From Camelus dromedarius (taxonomy: Eukaryota), in assembly GCF_036321535.1 (NCBI RefSeq), contig NC_087437.1, positions 106,890,001 through 106,954,000 on the forward strand: a DNA stretch of 64,000 bases, given 5' to 3'. The position numbers and the translations under genes were made by a program. Numbering within the stretch: the stretch's first letter is position 1; the number at the start of each line of letters is the position of its first letter. The notes below the pieces were generated by a model. The model had not been told where the DNA came from, searched no databases, and was given only the letters and a program-made list of their open reading frames with translations. Below are positions 44,248 to 58,214 of this stretch, one piece after another.

Positions 44248-44929
44248 CCAAGCCGGTGGCCGGAGGTTGCGCGCCAGGACAAACGGACAGAGAGACAGAC
44301 AAACCGGTGTGTACAGAGGGCTGGGAGCCGCGGGTGAGCCCGGAACCGGGAGGGGATGGGGGCGCTGGAGGGCGGTCAGACCGAGAGGACAGCGCTCTGG
44401 GGAGCGGGGTCGCGCGGAGCCCTGGCCATTGCCCTGGGAGGCTTCGAGGGGAGCCCGGGCGCCGCGCGGAGCTGCGCTGGGGCCGAGGTCTCTTTGTCTC
44501 TCCCCGCGGCGCTGGGCGGCGGGCAAGGCGGCAGATCCAGCGTCCTCGTGTCCTCGGCCACGGGGGCTCACATTTCATCTCTGCGGGTGGCACCTACGCG
44601 AGGCTGGGGGCGGGGGTGGCCCCGACTCCTCCCCACGCTCCAGTTCTTCCTTCTATAGAGTGACTCTCTGGGCTTGGTCCTCTTCCCGGAGGAACTTTTT
44701 CTAGCCTTTTTGCTTTAGCTATTGCTATGCAGCTCAGCAAGCTCCTTTATCGCCCAGCCTGCCCTCCACTCCAGTTTTATCTTTTGAAACAAGCAGGTGA
44801 AGAACTTTGGTTTTTATCTTTACACAAATGGAGGGAATTTTCAGGCTTTAAGGTGTTAGACAAAGAAAGCCAATGCAGAAAACTCAGGAGAATTGAAAAG
44901 TACAGAAACAGCGTGTAGTGTCTCTGCTG

Positions 44930-46280
44930 AAAGCTCATAAAATATTTGTCAGTTTTAAACGCTAAAGCATGTCCAGTAAATTCAGGGAAAACAAAACAAA
45001 ACAAGAATGCACGCTATCATCACTATTATTGGACACTGTTCTGGAGTTACTGGCCTATGCAATTAGACAAGAGAAAGACAATTTATAAAAATTGGAAGCA
45101 AAATTATCATTTGCAAATAGTATGCTTGTATATGAGGAAAATCAGAGAATCAGCTATAAAGCTCTTAACTAGAGTTGAGTGACTGAAAAGTCAGTAGTTT
45201 TCTTTCAGTTAGAAAGTCCCCAGTTTTATGCGTGAAGGAAAAAAAAAGACATGAATAAGTGAATAGAGATTTCTCTTGACTAAAAGAAATTCAACATCAT
45301 GAAGTAAGTTTCTTTAAATTAACCTATAAATCTGGGAATTAAACTGAACTTAATAAAAAATATCAACATGATTTTTTTAAAGCAATCTGATTCTAAAGTT
45401 TACATAGAAAATAAACATAAAATTATATATATATATAAAGATTGACGAGCAGGATAAGCCTCAACAGGTAATAAATATATTATAAATAACATCACATTAC
45501 CTGAAACAGTTTTGATTAATACTAGGATAGGTCAATGGATCAGAATAGAGAATCCAAAAATAGAGATATGTGCGCAGAAATTAATTCATGGTAAAAGAAA
45601 AAGTATTATTTTAAAGTAAGGTGGGAAATTATGGGTTATTCAGTGAATTGTGTTGGGGTTATGAGTAGGCATGTGTGAAGTCTTATTTCCTTTCATCAGT
45701 ATTAGTTCTTTATGAATTAAATATTTAAGCTTAAAGATACAATTATCAAAATATTAGACAAAAGAATTAGAGGATGATATTTAAATAATTATGGAATAGA
45801 GAAGGCTTTTCTAAACTTTATTTAAAAATTCAGACACCATAAAAGAAAAAATTGAGCAATATGATTACATTAAGAATTAAAATGTTCTGTAAATGACAAA
45901 TCAAGAATTTAACTGACAAAAATATTGGCAGTGCTTTGAAGAAACAAAGGCCTGATCACCTTATTAGATACAAAGCTTTTAAAAATCATAAGGAAAAGAA
46001 AACAACCAACAGAAAATTGAGAAGGGAGATTAGCAGGTATCTGTCTTCTAGTCTCCTAAACATTTAGAAGATGCTCATTCATACTCTCAAAAAATTAAAA
46101 AAGTAAGAGTCAAATTGACAGTGAGACATCATTTTTCATGTACTACATCAATCCCCTAAAAATCAAATTTTAAGGAGAGCAGTGTGCCAATATATATCAA
46201 AATTCAAACGCACACACACTAGTCAGCCCTCCTCTAAAAATTTCTCTCTATAAACATTCTGCCACATGGGTATTAGAGGA
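44930..46280 (+). mobile_element. Degenerate L1 (L1ME-like) ORF2 remnant directly upstream of the promoter
   Basis: A-rich, with motifs such as ggtcaatggatcagaatagagaatcca and ttctaaagtttacatagaaa. Confidence 0.6.
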
Positions 46281-47531
46281 TGTGAGGATACACCACCTTC
46301 AAAATAAATATAACCTGAGCTTCCTACTGTGTTTTATGCTTCTTTGAAGGGCTGACCATCTACCAGATCCAACAAGAAGCCTGGTCAATGTCTCCTTCTC
46401 CCACAGGCCCAATAGCCAATGTGTCACCAAGTATCACTGACTGGACACCTAATCCCCACTCAAATGTATTTGTATCTTATCATCTATTTCTGCCCTAATC
46501 TAGGTTCTTGTAGTCTCCATTGTCACCAATTTCCCTGCCTCCAGGTTTATTAGCCAGACTGAATCTAGATGATTTCTTCTTAAACTACAGATTTAATCAC
46601 ATTCATTCCCCTGTTTAAAACTTGGTGGCTTCCTGTTGCCCTTTAAAAGAAAGTGTAATCAGTCAGTATTTGCAGAGCTAGGGAATGGTATGAAGGGTTT
46701 TTGGAATGGAAAGATGCTTAATTTTGCAGATGAGATGGACACAGAGCCCTGGGGTGGGCAGCTGGCGGTGGAAAAGGAAACTTCTCCTGCCCAATTTTTG
46801 CACACAGCTCTGGGAGGGGCTGGTTTCTCCACTGATGTCAGTGGGAAGCTGCAGTATTGGTCAGAGTATCCTCTCCCAGGTTACTTTTGAGAACAGAGAG
46901 TCTTCTCATACTGTTCAGCAGATTGCCCAGGCAGTGCCTGCCTGCCGGTTCACTCCTGCAAAAGAAACTTCACCTTAAAATACTCAGGTGCTTAGGAAAC
47001 CCAACTCAATTGACATCCAAAGACAAAGAAAGATACCAAGCCATTTAAGGAAATGTGGTAGCTTTAAAAAAGGATTTGAAGGAAAAATAAAAGAAATAAT
47101 AGGCATGTATATATGTATGTATGTACAATGTATACACAAGTTTATATGAAATGAAAAACCTTAGGAACAAAAATTGGAGGGCATAAAAGAGTTTCTGGAA
47201 ATTAAAATTAAAACTTGATTTGAGATTTTTAAAAATCACAGAAAAAATTACACAATGATCGCTTTAATAACTTAGATTGTTGAATCAAATAGTATATTTC
47301 ATAACAGAGAAAAAATACAAAGATATGGAAATCATGGGTAAAAATATTAAAAAACACCAAGGCACAAAAAAGAGACCTAATACGAGAACAGTATGCAGGC
47401 TGGAGGCAGTTTTAGAAGAAACAAAAAGTGAGGAAGCAAATATCAAAGAGGTTTCTTTTTTAATTCCAAGCTATTATAATATTTAAATTTTCAGATTTAA
47501 AATGATGAGCTCCGAGAAGAGCTTTTAAAAA

Positions 47532-47989
47532 ATTTTTATTGAAATATAATTGATTTACAATGATGTGTTGGTTTCAGGTGTACAGCAAAGTGTTTCAGTT
47601 ATACGTATATTTATATTTCAGATTCTTTTCCATTATAGGTTATTACAAGATACTGTATGTAGTTCACTGTGCTGTACAGTAGATCCTAGTTGTAGTTGTT
47701 TATCTATTTTATAAATAGAAGTGTGTATGTATTAATCCCAAACTTCTAATTTATCTCTCCCTCTTCTTCCTCTCTGGTAACCATAAGATTGTTTTCTATG
47801 TCTGTGAGTCTATCTCTGGTTTGTAAGTAAGTTCGTTCGTATCGTTTTTTCAGATACCACATATAAGTGATATCATATGATATTTGTCTCTCTCTGTCTG
47901 ATTTACTTCACTTAATATGTCAATTCTTAGTCTATACAGGTTGCTGCAAATGACATTATTTCATTCTTTTTATGGCTGAGTAACATTCC

Positions 47990-48047
<58 letters not shown>

Positions 48048-48306
48048 CATCTTCATCCATTCATATGTTAATGGACACCTAGGTTTCTTCCATGTCTTGG
48101 CTGTTGTAAATGGTGGTGTTATGAGCATTGGGTGCATGTATCTTTTCAAATTAGGGCATGTATCTCTTTTCCAGATATATGTCCAGGAGTGGGATTGCTG
48201 GATCATATGGTAAGTCTATTTTTAGTTTTTAAGGCACCTCCACACTGTTCTCCATAGTGGCTGCACCAATTTATATCCCCACCAACAATGTAGGAGGTTC
48301 CCTTTC
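47532..48306 (-). mobile_element. 5'-truncated L1 3' end containing a (GT)n(AT)n microsatellite (about 47992-48046)
   Basis: tttttattgaaatataattgatttacaat...ggattgctggatcatatggta; candidate TSD aagagctttt / aagaactttt. Confidence 0.9.
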
Positions 48307-48333
48307 AAGAACTTTTTTTAAAAGAAGCATGCA

Positions 48334-48395
48334 TACACACACACACACACACATGCACACACACACACACACATATATATACACATACATATATA
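48334..48395. repeat. (CA)n/(TA)n compound microsatellite
   Basis: Seen directly. Confidence 0.9.
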
Positions 48396-48789
48396 GAGAG
48401 ACCTAAACACATATAAATTTAAAATCATATAAATTTTCATATATGCTTATAAAAGCTCTCTTAAAAAAGAAAAAGAATCAAACATCAATCTTCTCATTTG
48501 CAATCTTGGAATTTTAAAGAGATTGAAAATATTTCTAAACCATTGAGAGATAAAGACTATAATCCCAGAATCCTACTCCCAAATCAGATTCCATTAATAT
48601 TTGAACACATGATAAAATTTTGACACTGTTCATTGTCATTTTAAAACACAGTAAAGAGTTTACATGTCCAACAGAGGTAGAACAATCAAGTAAATCAGGA
48701 TTTGTGCATGTTATGGATCCAGACTTTAAAATGATAGGAAAAGTCCATAAGATACATAGTTAAAAAGAAGAAAGGAAAACTGGAAATAG

Positions 48790-49215
48790 CTCATGGATAA
48801 ACAAGTTGTGCTCTATCCATGCAATGAAATACTCCTCAGCAATTAAAAAAACTTTGAAGTATATGCATCAATGTAGATAAATCTCTGTTCACAATATGCT
48901 GAGCATAGAAGCCAGATGCAAACAAATGACAGTGTTATTTCGTATAAAATTCTAGAAAGGCACAGTTTATCTATAGTGACAGAAAGCAGATCAATGGTTG
49001 TCTGGGGCTGGAGGTAGGAAACAAAGATTGATTGCAGAGGGCCATGGGGAACTTTTAGGGGGTGATGGAAATGTTCTGTATCTTGAGAATGAAGGCTGTC
49101 CCACAGATGTGTACATGTGCTGAAGTCATGGAACTGTACACTTAACCATACACTTAAAATGTATATGTTTTAGAGTCTGTAAATTACAACTCAAAGAAGT
49201 TGATTTTTTAAAAGC
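48790..49215 (+). mobile_element. L1MB/MC-type 3' end
   Basis: atctatagtgacagaaagcagatcaatggttg...ggtgatggaaatgttctgtatcttga. Confidence 0.8.
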
Positions 49216-50444
49216 TGTGCTAGTACCTACATGGGGAGATAAGGGTGCGTACATACTTTTAAAATAGCTATTTTTTGACTACTGAAATTCTAATTGTCAT
49301 TCCGTAATTTTCCTACATTTTTATATATGACTCTACATAGTTCTTAAACTATAATAAATGCTAGTTAAAAAAAGGTGGCAGATCCACCTTTTGCAGTATT
49401 ATTGTGTAATTAAACTCATGTCTTTGGAAAATATGTGAAAATACAGAAAAATGCTCATGGTCTCTAAGGAGGAAGTAAAACTGTATTTACTTTAAGATCC
49501 TAATTTGCTAAATACATGGTACTTCTTTATTCTTGTTTATATATTTTCCAAATGTTTTATGATACATATGTACTGTTTTATAATGAGATAAGTGGGTTGT
49601 TAAGTAAAATGTTTTGTCTGATCATACCAGTTAGAATGGATATTTCCTAAAAACTAGTATGAAAGCTTTTAAATACCATTGCTTTTTGAAAACTAAACAG
49701 TATCCCTTCTGGAGATATTTTAATTCCAGCCATAGTTCTGGAGTTTTAAGATACATGTTCATCAATGGGCATTAATTAGTATATAATTTAGTTTGCATTT
49801 GTATTATAGTTCTGCTTAAGATGATATATATATACCAGCCTTTTAAATGCCTGAAGATGGTTAAAAAGCTCAAAGTGATATATAACAGCTGAGTAATTTT
49901 AACCTATATTCTTATTTAGAACCAAGGAGTACAGAACAGGACTTATAGATTGTCTAGGTCAATTTCCCTGTTTCATAAATAAAAAAACTAGGGCCAGATG
50001 ACCAGGTCAGTTACAGGCAGGGCACGTTCTCAAGCTGAGAGATCACATGTCAGGTATTGCTATGATATGCTAACTAGGCCTGAGTTTGATGATAATTCCT
50101 TTTGAGTTCTCCTTATCCACACTTTCTTTCTTCAAGTAATTTATTTCAATATATAGTCAGACAGATCAGTAACACTTCCCTCAATTACCCACTAATAAAT
50201 AAAACAAAACCAATTTTATGTACATTTAAGGTTTTTATACGTGCCTGGTCTTCATCTTCATTAGAAGAGGTGAGGATGCCGAGAAAAGAAAGTGTTCATA
50301 CACACATAGGCATAAAACCCAGAAGAAAGCAAGGAGAAAAAAAAAAAATGAAGTAAAAGGGAGATGAACTAAACGTGGCACTTGGGGCATATGAATAATA
50401 TTGAATGCTATGTACCATTTTGAAGTCCTTTAAAATTTTAATTA

Positions 50445-50610
50445 AAACTCTCAACATCCCAATGAGGTAGATACTATTATTATCACCCTTGTTATATGAG
50501 CAAAGTCATGAGGCCCAGAGTGGGTAACTAACTTTGGCAAGGTCACACAGCAGTGAATGGGCCCCATAGGATAGTCTAACTCCAGAGCAAAGCATCTACT
50601 CCTAACCACA
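50445..50610 (-). mobile_element. MIR
   Basis: atgaggtagatactattattatc...gaggcccagag...caaggtcacacagc. Confidence 0.75.
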
Positions 50611-51077
50611 GAAGCTAAATTGTCTTTTAAAATTAATAGCTTGGTTGGTTTGGTGAAGTTTAAAATCCCCACTTTGACCATATCAAAAACAAGAGATAAA
50701 GTACTTGCCAATGACCTTCCTCAACTGAAATTATTCAGTCAGCTTCAGTAAAGCTTACTGAGCAACTCCTGTGTGCAACACCTAGTACCAAATGTGGGAA
50801 GGGTTTAAGGAATTAACTTTCTTTAAAGTTTTTTGGAAGAGCCATTTGATAAAAGCACAAAGCACTATGGGTTTCAGGATTTCCCCCTCCCACAATTCTA
50901 TGTCACACAATGATAGTCTCCCATTATTACATTATGAGAGTTTTTATTACAGTTTAGAAAATCATTTTTACATGAGTACTATCTCATTTAATCACCATAA
51001 CAATCCTAAGACAGATCATACTGTGACAGATCATCACAGTAACAATCCTTTTGTTACTATTATTTTCTTGTAGTATA

Positions 51078-51262
51078 GCAGTATGGTTGTGAAAAGTTTA
51101 GTGTGCATCAGAAGCACTTACAGAGCCTGTTAAAACACAGATCCCTGGACCTATCTCGATTTGGTAGGTTTGGGGTGGTACCTGAGAATTTGCGTTTCTA
51201 TCAAGTTCCTGGTTGGTGCTGATGCTGCTGGCCAGGTACCACAACAAGACCCAGAGCACTGA
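51078..51262. mobile_element. MER5A nested in a MIR
   Basis: gtgcatcagaagcactt...gttaaaacacagat...cctgagaatttgcgtttctatcaagttcc...gctgatgctgctgg. Confidence 0.75.
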
Positions 51263-51954
51263 TTTATAAAATTCTGACTTAGAGTCTTTTGCCCCTGCCT
51301 CAAGCTATTTCTAAGACGAAGAAGCAGGTTTTAAATCCAGGTTTCTGTCTTTAGATCTCATGTCCATTTTAGCGCACTCACTGCTCTTTCTCATCTTAAT
51401 CTTTTCACCGTGGTTTGACTATTAACAGTCCTGCAAATCACCCTTTAAATGTCCTCATTTTTATGTCTCACAAAGATTTCTGCTGGGCATCTCATAATTA
51501 AAAGTGGAATTTGAGTTTGAGGGGTTTTTTCCCGGCTTAATGTGGCTGTATTAACTTTTCAAAGGAAATTTGGGAGAGATTCATGTAATAACCGTATGAT
51601 TTAAAATATTAATTTAGTTTTAAAAGTCTATCTATAGGGAAGTAATTTTATTCTCGTAATCCATCTTGTGTGGCATTAAATTTTTGGCTCTTAACAGACT
51701 GCAGTTTGTAAGAACTTCACATTTTAGAGGATTACTATTAAGTATGTGATGTAACCTGTTTTATTTAGCTGTTTAAATTGGACATTTCATCATTTCTTTA
51801 AGTTTGTGTAAAATACCCAACCCTAATTCAAACAACAAAGGACAGGGTGGAAACTTTACTGTTTGGATATTTTCTTGTTTATTCTATCATTTGTGGCTCT
51901 TGCATTTATTTACACAGAGGACGATGAAACAATGGCATTTGTGTGTATTTATTT

Positions 51955-54310
51955 ATTTTTTTCACTCTCTATTTGAAAATATTGTCAAACAGAAAATTTG
52001 ACAGCCATGTATTCTTTACCCAGATTCTCCTGTTGTTAACATCTTGCTCCATTTTTTTTTGTCATTTGTTCTTTTTCTATATGTGTGTAGACATTGTTTT
52101 TTTGAACCATTTGAAAGTAAGTTGCACACATGATCTCTTTTTCCCCCTAAATACTTGAGTGTGTAGGTCAGTTTGTTGAAAATTTGTACTAGAGTTGCTG
52201 CGTATTCCCTCCCCAGGAATATGCGATCAGTGGGAATACATTAAACCTTGCAAACATCTTACTCTTCAGCAAGTCCCTCCTCCCCTTCAGAGTTAAGATA
52301 CATGAATCTTTTTTGCTTGAAGCAGTCTTTACAATAGTGGTTGCAAAGTGATGGTTTTTCAAACTCCAACTCTGTCTCTGTGTCGGCCAGCTGGCACTTG
52401 GCATTCAAAATAAGAATGCTTCTCCTTGACTGATTGATTATCAATAAGAACTCGTGAATTCCTATTTTTTCTAGAGTTCATGATTTGTTCATCTCAAAAT
52501 CTCCCATCTGACCAGTGGAGTCCCTTCGAGCTAGCTCCTGTGTCCTCATGACATAACTCCGTGATTTTGGGAGGCATTTCTTAACTTTCTCATATAAAAG
52601 ATGTACCAGGTTCATTTCGAATCTTCCCTGCTCAGCCCTGGAATCAGTCTTTTTCTGAGGAGTCCTGGTTCCTTTTCATGGATAATGGTGTTAGAAATCA
52701 AGATCTCATCACTAGATATGCGTGTTGCTACTGGAATGTCCTTGCTTCTTGGGCGTTTTAGTGGACAGAAATAAGAAATATACGCATGTTTGACATATGA
52801 GTGAATCTACACCAATTCCTTAAGTTCATCACCATAGAGCTCTTCCTCAACTTCCCTCATCTCATATCTGTAACTCTCTTTTTTACATTAATTTATTTGT
52901 GGACTCCTGTAATACATTAAAAACTGTTTCAGAATTACTTTGCCTATATCACGATCAAAAATGATATCGAAAAAAAAAAACCCAACACTAAACAGAGTTC
53001 GGAATTTGTTTTCATTTCATCTTCCAACTTACTTGACCCAAAACTAAGGGTATACAATTTATTAGTGTGTTCATAATGTACTTGGATTAGTCAAACTCTC
53101 CCTTTCCAGCCCTAACTTTAATTCGATTGAAATGCAGTTGGGTTCATTTATTTCCACTTGTTTTCAGTTTTAGTTTTTTGAGGTCCTTCCCATCCTGCCT
53201 TCATCCCAGTCTCCCCACACCTTGAATGGTATCAGTCTCATTGTTTTCTCGCTTCTCCTGTGTTTCTTTCTGTCTGTAAGGATGAGCAGCTTCTTTTTTG
53301 CAGAGGGCAAAGGAATTTTAGACATATTATAAAATCGTGGAATTGGAAACAGGGATGGAGTAATCTGTGGTGCTGGATTGAAATTGGAGTTATTGGTATA
53401 GATGTCCATATTCCCCTTTTTTCTTATACAAAAGATAGCCTGTTATATATGCTATTTTGCACTTTGATTATTTCACTGAATAATGCATCTTGGAAATCAC
53501 TCTATATCAGTTCATAGAGACTGTCCTCATTCATTTTTTATTGCTCTGTAATATTCCCTTGTATATGTACACTATTATCTTCTCTTACATCTGGATATTT
53601 AGATAGTTTCCAATATTTTGCTACTGCAAATAATGCTGCATGAATAACCTTGAGAATACATATTTTCTTATTGTTAGAGCTGTATCTTCAGTGTAAATTC
53701 ACAGAAGTTGAGTCTCTGGGTTGGAGGGTAAATACATGTGTAGTTTTGTTAAATATTGCCAAATTTTCCTAGAGAGGGAACATGCCATTTTGCATTCCTA
53801 CCAGAAGTGCATGTCAGTGCCTGTTTCCCACAGCTTTACCAACAAAAATACTGTCCAGCTTTTGATTTTATTTGTTTTGTCAGTTTGATGGGATGGGTAG
53901 TATCTCTTGCATTTCTCTTATTATAATCAAAATTGAACATCTTTTCATAGGCTATTATATTTCATCTTTTTGTGAATTATATGTTCACACCTTTGCCCAT
54001 TTTTCTGTAGGCTTTTGGTGTTTCTTCCTCTGTTAAAAGCTCTTTGCATATTAGGTATATTAGATCTCTTAAAGTGATATATGTGGCAATTATTTTCTCC
54101 CAGTTTGTCATTTGTCTTTTGGCTTTGCTTGTGGTGCTTATGCTATGCAAACTATTTTATTTTTTAAGAAGGCAAATTTTAAATTTTTGTTTTTTGGTAT
54201 CTGGATTTTGAAGTCATAGTTAGATAGCCTTTTCCTATAGAGATTATAGAGGAATCCACTTTCAATAATAATACTTGTATGGTTTCATTCATACATTTAG
54301 ATCTCTTTTT
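51955..54310 (-). mobile_element. Old L1 (L1MC/MD-like) 3' region
   Basis: ttgaaccatttgaaagtaagttgca; cagccctggaatcag; ccattttgcattcctaccag. Confidence 0.75.
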
Positions 54311-55554
54311 TGTAGGGTATTAGGATAGTAGGATATAGAATTAGCATGTCACAATCATTAAGCATTTTAGTACATAAATCATAACTATTTGGAAGATATT
54401 ATGTTTGTTTTGTTGATGAGAGTTTATATGGGGAGGTTTGAAATCAGATGGTCACCATTGTTTTCCAGTTAGAGGTCTGATGCATTTATTTTAACAGAAT
54501 TAAGAATTCTTCAAGCAGATAATATCTTTTTTTGTGGTTGCAGTGCAAAGAACGATATAGAAAAACTAATGGAATGCCTCTCTGTATAAAGAAAATAAAC
54601 TGAAACTCACTCTGCCATGATAAATACAAATGCAGATGTGACTTATATGATCAACAATTTTATCTCTTGGGCTGATAAAAATATTTCCCCCTTCTAAGAG
54701 GACAGGCAAGAGGACTCTTTCAATTAACTAAAGAAAGTGTCCCAATTTGTGCTGTTGTAAAGTCATATTACAGTAATCTAAAATTTTGGAGGAAAATATA
54801 GATAAAAAGAAATAGCATCATCCATCTTCCCACCATTTTTTTCTTCTTTGAGTTGGAGGGGTATGTTCTTATTTAAGTCTTGGTATGCATATATAACCTC
54901 ACATAGTTGAAGCATAATGTCTGTTCAATTTTATAACCTGCTCTTTTCAGTTAATATTATATCCTAAACATTTTTAGTATTTGTACAGTCTTTATAATCA
55001 TTATTGTCAGCAGCTATTTAGAATTCCATCAGCTTGTTTTAGCATACTTTACTTACACCTCCCTTTATTGCTGCCATAGCCTTCTTCCTGTTCTGTCCAT
55101 TTCCACTTCACTCTTATTCAAACAGTTTTCAAGGCATTAGCCTGAGTACTCTTTTAGAAATCATATCAGATCCCCATATTCCACCAACTGAAAGTCTTTC
55201 ATCTATTTCCTTTGCACTTTGAATAAAATTCAAACTCCTTACATGAACAAGTTGGTTTCCATCTGCTTTTCTGACCACCTTTTCATCCTTCCCCATCATA
55301 ATCTGGCACAAGGGCCTCTTGGAGCTTTCCAGAAGTACCAGTCATTTTCTTGCCTCAGAATCCTAGCTCATGCTGTTCCATCTCTCTGTAGCAGGTTTTA
55401 CCCTAAATCTTTACTTTCAGACTTCACCTGAAAGATTATTTCTTCAGATTCCTGCTTTGATTCACCCTCTGTTATTGTCAATTAAAATGCTGATTAACAT
55501 GCCTTAGAGTTAATTCTGATGCCTATTAAAATTTGAGAACCATTGGTCTAGAAA

Positions 55555-56058
55555 ATTGCTGTTGAACAAAAATATAACATGAGCCACATACGTGATTTAA
55601 AGTTTTCCAGAGCTATGTTAAAAAAGTAAAATAAAAAAGGTGAAATAAATTTAAGAGTATAATTTACTTACCTTGATCAATCCAAAATACTATTATAGCA
55701 TGTGATCAATATAATCATCATTTATGAGATATTTTACACTGCTTTTTATATGGAGTCTTCAAAATCCTGTGTGTATTTAATGCTTAACAGCCCATCCCTA
55801 TTTGGAGACTAAATTTCCATCAGAAAACCTGATCTGGATTTTGACTTCATAAAATTTATAGTTGAAAGAGTAAATATACATAACAGAGTTGTTCCAAATG
55901 TATGTAAAAGTTTTCCAGTAACTGAATGAAGCAGCTTTTAAAAGTTTTTAATTTGAATTAATTTAAAAATATAGTTTATCAGTTGCACTAGCCACAGTCC
56001 AAGGGTCCAATAGATGCATGTGGCTATTGGTATTAGCTACCATATTGGACCTCACAAA
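55555..56058. mobile_element. MER33/Charlie5-like hAT element
   Basis: aaatataacatgagccacatacgtgatttaaa...tgcactagccaca...catattggac. Confidence 0.7.
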
Positions 56059-57284
56059 TCTAGGAAAAGCCCAAATTACACCATGATGCTGCTTAACTGA
56101 GGGCACTACACTTTGGACACCAAATAGTATTATAAGACTCTCTGTAATGGATTCCTCTCTAGCCTGGATGATTTTGCATTGTCATAGCACCCGCTCAAAA
56201 AGCAGATTCTCAATGTGCCTTCATCTTCGTGGTATTTTCTTTTGTATTTAATATCAACAATGCACATGATTGGCAGGGCTAGAGTCACATGCCAGTAATT
56301 TAGTTGCAAGAGAGGCTGGAATGTTGAGTTTTGGGGATCTTCCTTGAGGAAGCAGGCTCGCTTAGGTGGAAAATTTGCAGAACATTGCGGGGCACTCAGA
56401 GAGTGCAAGGCGGTTTAAGAGGTATAGTAAATAGCCACTGCATGTCCCCACTGCAATGGAAGCTCCCAAATGCTGGGGTTTCTTCTGTTCATGGATATTT
56501 TATCCAGAGCTTTTAACATACTCTGTCTTCAATGGCTGTGCGATAATTTTTGATTTAATAAATGCTTTGATGCTTCACACCAGAGAATGCAAATTAAGAG
56601 ATATAAGACGTAAGTTCATTTCAGTGTCTGGGGAAGATCAGTTTCCATCTCACGCTGTTGTGAGGGAGACATAAACTTGTTTTTTTGCTTTTAACCTCTG
56701 CTACTTCTAGGGCGATTTTTCTGGTAGCTCCCAGGGATTTCTCCAGATGATAAATTAAAAATGGAACATGAATGATAGCACAGCTGGAGGGTAGAATGAC
56801 CTTGAATACACAGCAAAGGGTGATTTAGCTGGAGATTTTGGGAGATGTGTCAGTCAGGAAGCTTGCCTACCCACAGATTCTTTTAAAGAGAAACTGACTT
56901 GACTGCAATACTGCTCAAGGGAAACTGCAGGCAGGTATTTTGGTACTAACTGACCTTTCTCCAGCATCAACTTGTTGACTAGATTAGGAAAGGGCATCTA
57001 ATCCCAACATAGTCAGTCCTTATATTGTCAAGCAGTTTATGGCATTACTTGGAACAAAAAGATAAGTTCAGCCCATCAGATCAATTCAAATTAGGAAATA
57101 CCGAAATAACGAGGCAGGTAATAGTGGGAGTTAAACATGGCGGAGGAGGGAGGTATTAGGAGAGGCCAGGCAGCTAGAATAATCCATTTGCTGGCCTAAG
57201 TTAGCGAGGGAGGCGCAACTGTGAATAAACAGGAGCAAAGAAGTAGAGAAAAAGTGAATTTAAATGTACAAATATATACATACT

Positions 57285-57624
57285 TGTCTTAGGCTGTTCA
57301 GTCTGCGTTAACAAAAATACCATAGACTGGGTGGTTTCTAAATAACAGAAATTTATTTCTCCCAGTCCTGGAGGCTGGGAAGTCAGAGGTCAAGATGCAG
57401 GCAGATGCTGTGTCTCCTGAGGGCCTGCTTCCTAACCGGCTGTCCCTTCGCTGTATCTGCACGTGGCAGAAGGGGTGAGGGAGCTCCATGAAGTCTCGTT
57501 CACCAGGGCTCCACCCTGATGACCTAATCCCCTCCCAAAGGCCCCCGCCTCCTAATACCATCCCCTTTAGGGGTTAGGCTTTCAACATAGGAATTCAGGG
57601 GGAACACGGTCATTTAGACCATAG
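57285..57624 (-). mobile_element. MLT1A-type MaLR solo LTR
   Basis: tgtcttag...ataccatagactgggtgg...ctggaggctgggaagtc...tttcaacatag...cattagaccatag-like end. Confidence 0.85.
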
Positions 57625-57662
57625 CGCGCGCGCGCACACACACACACACACACGCACGCACA
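57624..57662. repeat. (GC)n(AC)n alternating purine-pyrimidine tract
   Basis: gcgcgcgcgcgcacacacacacacacacacgcacgcaca. Confidence 0.9.
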
Positions 57663-58214
57663 ATCGGGTACTGGTCCTTTTCCTCTCCCGGAGTCATCTT
57701 TTCAGAACTTCGTGTGGGAAACCTTTAATGAGCTCCTCTAACTAGTCACCTTTTTAGTGGATCTTCACTGACTTCCCAGTCTAAGCTTGCTTCCGTGCTT
57801 CTTCCCCCACCACCATTCTTTTCTACCACATTTCGCCACCAGAGCCCACTGATTCACTGATCGGCTACTATTTGCTATCAGCCGCCCCACATGAATATAA
57901 GCATCATGAAAGGAAGGGCCCTAAATATCACATATTTTGCTGTAGGTGTAGTGTCCAAGGGTGCCTGATATACTGTGGGTGGAAAATGAATATTTTTTAA
58001 AAATGTGGTAAGTATAAATTGATAACATGATCTATACGATGTAGACAAAGTAAGTGCTGATCGCTGCAGAGGCACTGAATGCCGTCAACAGTGAAACACT
58101 GGTGTGAAGACCAAGGGGTCCTCCCACTGAATCTCCTTGATTCCTTCTGTTTCTCACCTCTCCTGGGGTCTGATTTCTTGTTACTGAGAGCATAGGTTAA
58201 TTTAGGCTTGAATG

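Noticed and set aside
56760..57190. Possible LTR fragment
   Set aside because: LTR-like, but I could not assign a family or boundaries with any confidence.
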